This document shows positions 25,770 to 37,300 of a stretch of 64,000 nucleotides of DNA, in pieces. Source of the stretch: Trichoplax adhaerens (taxonomy: Eukaryota; Animalia; Placozoa); assembly GCF_000150275.1 (NCBI RefSeq), contig NW_002060945.1, positions 5,381,397 to 5,445,396 of the forward strand. Reading direction: 5' to 3'. Both the position numbers and the translations under genes were made by a program. Under the pieces are notes generated by a model. That model saw nothing but the letters and a program-made list of their open reading frames with translations, searched no databases and was not told where the DNA came from. Position 1 is the first letter of the stretch; every line of letters starts with the position of its first letter.

Positions 25770-27200
25770 TTGTACAGTATTATAATGATAATATTGATAT
25801 TAGAATCAGATATCGATTTGTGATAGATTCTTGTCCAAACGTGAAATTATAACAGTTATTAAGTGTAAATAGTTACCAGAAATCACTTTACTAAAATGTT
25901 AAAGCTGACGATACTACTCTGTCCTCACAACTGTCTTGACAACGATGAAAAAAATGGCTTTTATCACTAACACAAATTGGATGTAAATAAAGACATGTAC
26001 GTATATTGTTAGCGTAAGAACATGCCAATTTACAATATTTAAACGACACGTAGCATGATTTATAAATTCAGAGTAACGAATTTAATTTCATTTTCTATCC
26101 TAAATGGTTAACAGTATTTATTTTAGTTACAAATTTGAGTTTGCAATTTATCATATAAATCATAAATGTGTTTATTGCAAGCGAAGTGTACAGTTAATTT
26201 ACATAGTGTAGTAATTGCTGAAGCAAGATGCAATACTAAGACGCTGTTTGTACTTTGGTACTTGATGTTATAACAAGGCTGTAATAGACACAATAAACCA
26301 ATACCGACTTTCTATCATTCATGCATCAAAAATTTTTCCTGGCATTTCACTAATTTAAAATTGGAAGAAGGAAATAATTTATAACGAAAGAACGCACAGT
26401 GCTGTAGACAATACTGCAGTACTCTGAATTCGTAATAAATCATTGCCCTTTAATAAAATATTATTGTTAATTCATAGTAAAATGCTCGTATAGCATTGCT
26501 GCGTTCCGTGAAGTACTGTAGAGAAATATTTTTGTATTTTTTCTGATTAGTAAATGGCGTAACGCCATTCTTTAGAAGGTTATCCCATTTGCAGTACATT
26601 AAATTACAATTCGCACTATCATACGTGTAAGACAAGCATTTCCCATCTGCGGTAAGTTGTTAGCACTTAAGCCGCATTACTGACTACGTGACGAATAAGT
26701 GCCCTTTCGAAATATTGGATGTTTCAAGCAATTCATTGACGTTCTCCCATGGTATAAATTATACCCTGTGGTCGTACATACGAGTCGATGCTATCTTGGT
26801 TTCTCACTATACGTACATGAAAATTTCATGGTATTTCTTTATCATGCTGGTGCTGATGTATGATTTCAATACGCTACACTACGTGTACAATCTATCACTC
26901 AAGAGATATGTTGCAGAATCGTATTTTTCTCTAACGTAACTGATAAAATGGGAAGCCGCATTTATCTAGATAAAACGTTACTAAATTGAATGCCATTTTA
27001 ACCTATCTTTAAAGGCATAAGTTTAAAAAGTCCACCCATTCTATTACGAATCGTCCATATTAGACTACACTGCATGACTAATAACCGACACGAGTATCAA
27101 TATATCATGATAAAAATCAATTTTTCAGTAATTATCATGAAATGATGACTTTATTACACATATATTTCTTCGTTAAAAGACAATTGTACATTGAATACAT

Positions 27201-29357
27201 TTAGGCTTTGCTAGCGCTGTTTCTGGATGATGAAGCACGCCTTTTTCGGCTCAAATGTTCGGCACGTTTCTCTTTAAGACGCTTAGCCAATAGTTTCTGA
27301 TATTCGGCAGCTTCTTCCTTATTTTTCTGTGAACGTTGCCTCTTGAGAGCCATCGATTTACGCTTACGTTGCAAGCGTACAGGCGTTACTAATCGTTGAA
27401 TTTTAGGTGCTTTGGCAGTACGTTTTTTGCCTTCTTTGTCTGGTAATTCTCTACGAATAACATAGCGACGTACGTCGTCTTGTTTATTCAAGTTGAACAA
27501 TTTACGAATCTTGTTGCAACGTTTAGGGCCAAGACGTCTTGGTAAAGTTCTGTCGGTTAATCCTGGAATCTCATTATCGCCTTTCTTAATAACGACCATG
27601 TTGAGTACGCTAAGATTAGAATCCACAATACAACCACGAACGGATTTACGTTTACGTTCACCAGTACGGCGTGGACGATAGCATGAATGGCCTTTAGATA
27701 GTAGTAAGCGCACACGACCATTGGTTAAAACACCTTGTTTCATGGGAAAGCCTTGCTTGTCGTTTCCACCAGTGATGCGAAGGATATATCCCTGTAAATG
27801 TATAAATAGAAATGGCGTCAACAATCACCCATCGATCTAGTAATTATTACAAGCGTTCTATTTTCAACATCAATAACTATAACCAATACGAATTTTTAAT
27901 CTACAAATAGTCACTGCTACCTTTGATCTCATTTATGCTATTTTTATATGTCGAATATCAACTGGTAGAATGGCTAATTCAGCTCAGTTTATTTGATATA
28001 TTACCTTCCATTCTTCGCCTAAGCATTCTGCAGAAACTTCAGCGCTTATGCGTTTTTCGTAAAATTCGCGACTATAAAGTAAAAGCATGCCAACGTTATT
28101 ATTAATGCTAGTACAAGAAGCAAGGTTAAACCTGTTAGCCACTCTATTTTGTTAACAGCGAATGCACTGCAGTTAGTTATAAATATTATCAATAATGTAC
28201 AGTCTATTGATAGCAGTAAGTTACTATCTCCTTGTTCACCTTTCTTACTAAGCATATAAATACGATAGCAGCCTTAAAGTTACTTTAGTATATACTGAAA
28301 TTCTTACAACCTAATCACTACCATTACAAGAACGCCAATGTAAATTACCCCACTTTGACTTTATGCTTTAAATACAATGTATATCTACTGTAGTATACTC
28401 ACTACTAACCAACAACATCGCTACTTTACTGTAATTAAATGATAGAACTTTGATCACACTCACTAAATCTGCAATAAGGTAAGTGCCAAGTTACTAGCAA
28501 TTATTGTATTCGAACTATTTTCAGGGTTAGTCAATGTGATCAGGTGATTCAAACATGATTGCAGTTCTTTATCAATTTTCCAGCAGGTTGTAGCATATAA
28601 CTTAAAGCGACTGCTTGATTTGTTGTTGCCTGGTTGCAAGAATGTTAAGTTCTAATTCATCATTATTAAAGCATTTCAGTACAACTTACTACTTGTGTTC
28701 ATCTTCGATATCTATCAGTTTTTGACAACCAGTTGCCGGAAATGCAATATTCAACTGAAATAGAAGTAAAACGGAGTTAGCAAGGTTATCTCCACATCAT
28801 CTTAAAGGCTATGATAACTACAATCCTTTGTGGCTTAACGTCTAGCCTAAGTTGCTGTCCATCTCTCTCTAACTGATAGGCATACAGCTATCTCCATTTT
28901 AGGGTATTTTTACGACAGGGAGAGCGCGGTATCCCTTCTATTGGTGCTACTACAGTGATGCGCGTATCGAAATGATTCATCTACAGTCATCGTTTGGAGT
29001 GTATTGATGATCATCTCATGTAATAGCGAGAATACGAAGGGATAAGTGTTTTGTTATTAACAGTAAATTCAGTTGGTTTGATATTAGCTATTAGTTCTGT
29101 AACGAGAACATCGTTTGGCCATTGACTGCACTTCAGTTTACGCCTTGCCTATTTGGCTATTACACAGTACACTATAGCGATTTCTATCATGGCTGCCTAC
29201 CACGCCGTCCATGTAAAACTATCGTATGAAATTCGATCCATAAGCAATGTCATCTATGATTGAAATTATCACGTCCAATTTAATGTGATTTCTACTGATC
29301 ATGGAGATGATTTTGCAGGGCCAAAATGGATTCTGCAAGCAAAAATCTCACCTTCAT
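27201..29357 (-). CDS. RPS6: 40S ribosomal protein S6 (eS6)
   Basis: Exons 29357-29352 (MK), ~28754-28690 ([21 protein letters not shown]), ~28071-28005 (REFYEKR..LGEEWK), ~27791-27201 ([21 protein letters not shown]...RKRRASSS). Confidence 0.99.
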
Positions 29358-29377
29358 CTTCCTCGATGGTTGCTGGA

Positions 29378-29410
29378 CGCCACGGCCAAAAGGTAAAAGA
29401 AAAGAAAGGG
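29378..29410 (-). promoter_or_regulatory. Polypyrimidine TCT/5'TOP-type start region of RPS6
   Basis: Minus strand reads CCCTTTCTTTTCTTTTACCTTTTGGCCGTGGCG, 20-50 nt upstream of the ATG. Confidence 0.7.
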
Positions 29411-29774
29411 CTCGAAGATACAGCTGACCACGGCTTCGTGTTCACAAGATGTTCAACTGCGTCGGCGCAGTAATTAGTCCAGTACAGTCCAGTACCGTAC
29501 TGTACAGTACTTCAAATCGTACAGTGTGCATTGTACACTGTACAGTGCACGTGCTCGTTTCTCCAGAAATGGATGACCTACTGTATAATACAGTGTATAT
29601 AGTTGGTACTAAGTACTATACTTTTGTGATGTCTTCCACAGCCATGCAAGAAGTTTAAGACGACATTCTATACTGTAGCTATCAATAACTGTTGATGGTA
29701 AAGGAATGCACTAAATTAGTGCAGGTACTAGCAGGAAAGGACTCCTAAAAATGAAAGAAACGGATACAAGTTAA

Positions 29775-29829
29775 CGTGGACTACTAGAAGAAGGAGGCCT
29801 AGTAGGTCATCGTCTTCTAGTAGTCCATG
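29775..29829 (+). other. Long near-perfect hairpin / inverted repeat
   Basis: TGGACTACTAGAAGA (29777-29791) is the exact reverse complement of TCTTCTAGTAGTCCA (29813-29827). Pairing continues inward (GGCCT/AGGTC) and outward with G.U pairs. Confidence 0.85.
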
Positions 29830-30205
29830 AAGTAACCGTAGATATGTGGCCTTAATAAGAGTCAGAGGCAAGAAATGGTCGTTCAGCAGACTCCAAAAAT
29901 GCACAGACCGGCTGGCTACTGTATATTGGCTGGTCATTTCAGCCATAACGCATGCGTATAACTGGCCCTACTCAATCAGGGCTAGTGTTACCACTGGACG
30001 CTGTCATACTATCCACGGCTATAATACAGTCATACTAGAGTCTACAAGCGTAACACCCAGGCCCAGCCCAGGCCAGTGTGTATCATATATAACATATATA
30101 CCCCGGGGTTGCGCACCAAGTGAAATGCGCGTGTGATCATATTGAAAGCACTGGCTCAGCAAGTTGGACTCTTCGCCTCCATTCCAATTGGGATATAGTT
30201 GCAAA

Positions 30206-33086
30206 ATGAATACAGCTATACAATTATATGAACGTAGTTTAACAGCTATTAATACACCTATACCTCGTATAGTAAAAGAAGATGATGTGGTGATATGTGT
30301 ATCGCATTCTGGCTTAAGTAAAATGGATGTTCGAGTCATTCGAGGAGACATCAAGATCACCAAACCAGTGATCGCTGGACGCCAACTCAGTGGTACTGTC
30401 TATGCATGCGGTAGCAACGTCCAACATATTAAACTTGGCGATCGGTTAGCCTTTACCTATTCTCAATCTTGCTGTATACCTTCTTGACATCTCAAGGGAT
30501 TCGTTATTCAAACTTCTCTTGTAGTAATGGCAATAACAGTCAATAAAATCAATCAAAGTGGGTGGCTACAGTACAATGCAATACTGACTCTAGGCTAGAG
30601 AAGGAGGAATGAGACATTGTTCATCGTCGCTTTGTTCATGTTCACATCCTGCACTAATGAACATCAACCGAGTTCATTAATCTTCTCCAACTGTAAATAG
30701 TGATAAAAATTCTACTCACTTGGAAAATGAACCGACATTTTACTGTACTGTCCAATTACGATCTACTCTAGAATCATTATTGATGATAAAATGAGATCAA
30801 CGTATCGACCATAGTCGTAAACTTTTAGTTTTCGTCCTGGTCAATCGATGACAGCCTATACCTTAGCTCATTCTTCCTACAGTCTTATTAATCTAGACTA
30901 GAATTTCTATCAACAGTATGCTAGTATAAAAGGATGCCCACGACCATTTTCATCATCATACAAGATGATTAACCATTCTTCATAATTCTTATTTTGTTAC
31001 GTGATTCTATCATTTTAATGTTCTTTTATTTTCCCTATTCATCTTAAGTGTTATTCGATAACGACGGTAGATAGAAGGTCGTCGATCATTTTAACCAGTT
31101 TGGACGATGTATTTCTCATGGCTAGACCAATAATCGCATGTTTTATTTGATACTCTTACGGTAGATGCAAAGATCGTGGATTAATCCAACGAGTTTTAAT
31201 TCTAAATTTTATACCATTATCAAACACTTTATTATGATTATTATGTTATGGATCAGTCTAGCCAGTTGTATCGATACTATAGTACTGGACTGTAGACGTC
31301 TATGCACAAGTATTGATCAATTGATTGCTTGATCAATCTCACTAATTTTCTAGACCGATGTGACTACAGTTATCATTGGTTCTGATTGATTGATTGTACT
31401 ATTTTACAGAGTGGTAGTCAATCCAAGAAGCCCTCCTAAATACATGGATCGTTATTGCTGGAGAAATCAATCCCATATGTCCGAGGAATGTAGTATTTAT
31501 AATGATATTGGTATAGCTAAGAATGGTGGTTGGTCAGAATATTGTCGTATATCAGCGAATCAGGTCTATCTTTTACCGCCTGAAGTACCTGAAAATGTTG
31601 CACCCTTATGCGATTCTCTCAGTTCCGTCATTCACACGTGGAATAAATTGGATAATGTTCCTTGTGATGCCAGGATTTTAGTTTGTGGAGCAGGTACATC
31701 TTAACATTCGTTGTTCTAATAAACTTTTCCGATGATAAATTCGAATCAAACTAAACGTCATCATTTAGTACTAAAGTAAATTAGAAATATTGAAATTCTT
31801 TACATGGATCTGTTAACTCAAGGTTACATACTTATTTGAGCATATTAAATTACTCAAGTTATTGTTTCTAGATATGCGAATAAATAAAGTATACAATGTA
31901 CAGTGGACATCCTCATGAACGGGATGCTAAAAGATTTAGAATCTATCTTATTTATTCGCTTATATTGTCATTACAATTCATGCTATTGAGAGAACGAACT
32001 AGAATTCATACGACAATCAAAGGTTAATATACGTGTAACTCATCAATTAGACGCTTACGTCTATACGATTAAGCTACATGTATTCCATTCACTTTACTGG
32101 TGTAAGTTGAAACAATTCTGCTGTAGTTTAAAACCTATTAATATTACCTGGTAAAATTACCTCTTTGTACAATCTTCACACACCTTAAGGAAACTAAGGG
32201 TAATTTACTATATCAAATTTGCTCTGTTACACCCATACTGAAATTATTCGGGAAATAGTAAAGTATCACATTACTTGCCTAATAAATTGAATATACAAAA
32301 TTCTCGTATCCAGGTGTTTACTATTGCTTCAAGCATTGTTATTACCGAAAAGTACTAAATTATGGTAGCTTACCTATATCACTGATAGAAAGAAGTCGTT
32401 GTATCGTCCATTCATAGTATTATAGTATTAATGCTATAATAATCAATTTACCATATAGGAATGTCTGGATTACTGTGGATTTCATATCTTCATTTTCGAG
32501 GCTTCCGTGAAATAGTGGTCTGTGAGCCAGTTGAAATACGACGTAGGGTTGCAGCTGCTTTAGACTTAGGGTATGAAGTAGTCCATCCGACAAAACTTGA
32601 TATTTATGGACGTGACGACAAATTAGCATTTGATGTTCTTATCGATACATCAGGTAAGATGAATTAAAAAAATTCGATTGTAGCCTTACCTGTCTAAAGG
32701 ATAGATATCGCATAGAGACTTAATATTGCTATATTATTTATGTAAACTGGATAATAGGAGACGGAGATGCAATCCAAGACGCTTTAGTAACGTTGCGTAA
32801 AGGTGGAAAATTGATTATTTTCAATTATGGGCTAGTTAATACTGAGATCAAAATTAATCCTTATAATATCGTCGCCAAAGAATTAACTATTATTGGCTCA
32901 TCCGGCAATCCCCTAACTTTTGCACAAGCTGTAGCTGTAGCGAGAGATATGGCCAATTCTTATCTCAATGTAGAGAAACTTGGAATTCGAGTTTACAAAT
33001 TGAGAGATTATAACTTAGCTTTAACCTCATTGTTACGAATGGAAATTACCCAAGCCATTTTTTCCGTTTCACACTTTGTAATATAG
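30206..33086 (+). CDS. Medium-chain dehydrogenase/reductase (polyol/threonine dehydrogenase-like) lacking Zn ligands
   Basis: Exons 30206-30444, 31410-31693, 32459-32653, 32758-33086. GroES-like start (DDVVICV..SG..D..PVIAG..SG.V..G.NV..GDR|VVVNP), NGGWSEYC, Rossmann ILVCGA|GMSG, FDVLIDTSG, LRKGGKLIIF, KELTIIGS. Confidence 0.88.
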
Positions 33087-34302
33087 TTAGAGAGTTTATG
33101 ATAGATAACTAAGTATACGGTATACCAAGACAGAACTATCAATATTTATAGACAATCGATCTGATCGGTATTTCTAAGTATATTTTAACTGGCAATCTGA
33201 CTCTATATAGTTATCCGAAACAAATTATCGACGTCAATTATATCAGTAAGATTACCTATCCAAGAGCATTAGTTGTAGACAATCCACTAAATATTCGGCA
33301 ATCAGTATATTCTAATAGTATATTTTACGTACTAATCAGGCGATATATATTCATCATTAATAAAGGCGTGCAGGACATCATTTAGATGATGTTACAATCG
33401 CTAATTTGTACAGTGTTTCCTTCTGTTCGTTATTTTAACCCTTCCATATCATTTTTAATAAATATTATTATGTATGAAAGTTTTGGGCTGTTCTTGTAAA
33501 GTATTACCAACTTGGAAGTAGACTACCTTATTTAAAGAGCTGTGCAAGCTTAACTATTTCTACAGTATGATCTTATTGCCGACACAATATGCTCATATTA
33601 TATTTTTTATACCTATCGTAACTTCGCCTAGAATTATTGTTGGACTAAATGCTAGCACATAGCAAAGCCAAGATCAGAATTGTAACTTTCACTAGTGTTT
33701 TACGGCAATACGTATTATCAGATCTCAATCAAGAAATTCTAATTATGTAATAGATTTTATTTACGAGGAGTCAACACTTAAGTAAATCTATTATCCACCG
33801 TAAATGATAGCCAATTATTATATCTTTAATTAATTATTAATATTATTTACAAAGCTTTTGTTTCAGTAATGATAGTTCGTATTACTACTTTCTCTTAATC
33901 GATTAGTTATAAGATATTACTGCCACATTCATTTTGTGATCATCATTGCTAGATCCTTTACAAGTCTCCGTTCGATAACGGATGGTAATCATAGTCTAAG
34001 CAAAACTATATTTGATTTACTGATAATATTTACAAAAATTTTGCCACGGTACATACTGTTAAAAGTATTTTCATCCCTTGATAAACAGTAAGATGTAGCG
34101 GTTGTACAGTATTAACTGTTATCGCTGTTTACAAAGGGTTTTTATAGATTTTGATTGATAAATCTCTATATATTACTTGTGTAGCAGCGAATCTTGATAA
34201 GTTGTAGTTTCTGCTCATTTCTAGGCCATTATTTGCTGCGATTGTTAATAATAGATCAATATTCAGTCTTCTATTCTGCCATCGTTGTAAAATTCAACGA
34301 TT

Positions 34303-37300
34303 TTAAATATTATCCGCTAGGCGAAAGTGAATAGATGTGCCCCAGAAATGGCTGCTTCTTTTAAGATCGCTAGAGTTCGTATCTTCTGCTAAGAGAGCAT
34401 ACACAAATATGAAATTAATCCATATGAAGAATATGTATATGCAATTACACTGAAACAATTATACTGTACAATGCACATTCTAGAATATATTCACGGTGTA
34501 GCAATTAACATAGCTAATTTATCGATACTAACCAGAGCACTTGCTAAAATCGGATAATTCTGGTGCAATTCTATTTTTTTTCACCTCCTAAGAGTAATCA
34601 AGATATTTATATCGTCAGCAACATGCTATTTTATCAGAATATAATTTACTGAATTAGTTCTCTACCTTTGGAGGTATGGAACGTATGACAGTTGGCATGA
34701 TTTGCGAGTGGCCATCACGATTTCGTTTAATTTGGAGTCTCTTAATAAAATAGTCTTTCACCTATAAACAAAAAGAATTCCATTTTGACCATAGAATAAG
34801 AATTTTGTAATGCTCACACAAATAGGTAGATCATATTTTAAATTAAATATTATTTACCTGATGATTTGTGGCACAGTGAAAAATGAATATGAGAAAGCCC
34901 TAGTCATCATCATATTACTGTTCATCAGTATTAATTTAAATATGCTTTCACATATACAGTACATATATACAGTATAAACGTAACTTGAACCTAACTATAT
35001 CTATACCAGTTTATTCTTAATTACATCGGATTATACCTGTAGAGAGTTAATTACGACGAACAAATATCCAAAGGCCAAAGTAGTGCTATTAAGAAAGAGA
35101 AGTCCAAATAGCCAAGTCAGGCCAAATAATGGTAATAAAACAATACTTGCGCGGATAGACTTTCTGCATGTTCGATATCAAACGTGGTATGGAATCGAAA
35201 TCAGGATTAGATTCGGTAAATTGTAGTATCATTAATATTACTATTTAATATACTTCTTCGCAACCTAACAAAATAGTTGTATTTGAATTCGGCTAATCTA
35301 GCTCTGTCATGGAATTTAATAGCACTAGCTATGCATTAACTATCAATCTCTTGATCGTCAATATTCATCTAGTTTTAAAAACCAGCAGCAGTTTTAGCTA
35401 ATCTGTGGCTATAGTATTTTAGCAAATAGTGTGCCATTTATATTTACGCTTATGATTGTACACCTATGTATTTCAGATATATATGATTTGTTGTCTAATC
35501 TCACTCAGTTACGGAATTTAATAACGCTAGCTTAATATCGATTATAATTATCAATCTCTTGATCGCCAACATTTCATTTTGTTTTAAAACTACCAGCAGT
35601 TTCGATTAATCTACGGCTATAGTATTTTAGTAATATATTCTGCCATTTATATTCATACTTATGATTGTATACCTATATATTTTAAATGTTCATGATTTAC
35701 TATGAGCTCTAAATAATTACCTATTATTACTATAAACAACTAATTTACCAATTTTAGTTTACCTAACTTTTACAAGATTCGATCTATCTGATACCAACTT
35801 CAACGTTAACAAGGACCGAACTGCTAACCCTAAGATAATCCCGTTGATCTAGGTAGAAGGTGATAGAAAAATTACAGTTACAATATAGAAATTATCGTTA
35901 TAGAGATCCTATGTACATGAAATATCTATACCGCAATAATGATTACAATAGGGCCAATAAAAGCAATATTTAGTCCATTTTTATGGGATATCCAACAACT
36001 AAGAAATGAACAGAAATAGGTAAGACTGATAAAAGTATCTAGTTAGTTAACAATTCTTCAAACAACTGTGCTACTTTCAGACATACTAATTGGGGTTACG
36101 ATAAGTTTCAAAATAAGCTGCCGCAGGGATAGCCACAATAAGAAGCGGTATTCCTATAAGAATTGATGATAGAAAATTTCATTATATTACCAGAAAGGCT
36201 CGATATTTCCCATGTAAGTAAATGGTGCAACTTACCCCATCCTATTAATGAATAAATACCATACATGGATGTCAATTTTTCTATCCTGGTCGTATTTCGA
36301 TATAACCATATAGCTTCGATTAACATCCACATAAAGCTGGCCAAGTAAAAGTAATGAAGGGCCATGGCGATAATAGTGCATAATGGCTTGGTAAATAAAT
36401 GAGTTAGGATAAATAATAAATCAATTTCATAGCCCGTAATACAATAATATATCCATCAGATATTAATACTATAGTATAGATAGGCTAAGCAATCTGTTTG
36501 GAATAGTTAGATTACCTCTTTATCAGTCGAATCGACGCCAGCCACGAATATTAGATCAGCTAGGAGTAGAGCTAATGATAAACAGGCGTGGATGAAATTT
36601 CGGAAACACCGTAGTTGCCTAATTTTAAAAAGGATTGCGGAAAAAGAATCAAGTAATATTAGATAACGCAAACGTCTTGGTTTGCTTATAAGTTATTTTA
36701 AAACTGTTAATCTTGGGATTGCTTTTAACATTGCAAGTTAGTTAGGATTAAATTCCTATTTAAGGTCTGTCAAAAATAGCTCTTGCTACATAGAATAAAG
36801 TAGAGTATCTCGTATTTCTATATTGCAATTTCTAAACGACTACTGTAAGCTATGGCTTTAGAATAACTCTTTCAATTGACTATATACTGGTATACTTTAG
36901 GATTTATGCCACTTTAATGTTATCCCTAACACTAAATAAGTTACAAGTATCCGATAAAACCACGAAGGACAATTAAAAGCCGACAATAACAATTTCTTTA
37001 GTCCTTGTATTGATAGAACTGTTGAGCCACAAAATCGATCAAGATATTATTTACAGGTTTAAAGTAATGGAACAGTTTGATGTATCGAAATTCTATTCTA
37101 ATTAGAGTTGAATATTGTAGCCTGTAAGGAATTAAACTATAATTTTAATAAGTACGACATAATATTGTCTAACGATAAAATGAGTTTAAAACAGGTAAAA
37201 TGATCGACCTAATTTAGGGTATAAAATGTTAACTTAATGTCTGAAATAAGTGGTATTACCTAATCAAAGTAAAGACGGCGACATTGATGCTTAAAGCCAC

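Noticed and set aside
17901-27681. Antisense and alternative-frame ORFs over TP53BP1 and RPS6 (e.g. 17901-18116, 21150-21398, 22471-22695, 27493-27681)
   Set aside because: Shadow ORFs of real exons with no independent coding signal.
28520-28665. Box C/D snoRNA in RPS6 intron 2 (ATGATGA at ~28663, CTGA at ~28543 and ~28524, minus strand)
   Set aside because: No terminal stem, a long C-to-D span and only a short imperfect possible rRNA complement. A snoscan/cmscan hit plus small-RNA reads would be needed.
29700-30080. Assignment of the hairpin cluster to SRP RNA, RNase P/MRP or an Sm snRNA (ATTTTTGG on the minus strand)
   Set aside because: Conserved SRP helix 8, P4 pseudoknot and snRNA 5' signatures were not found. 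Left as unassigned.
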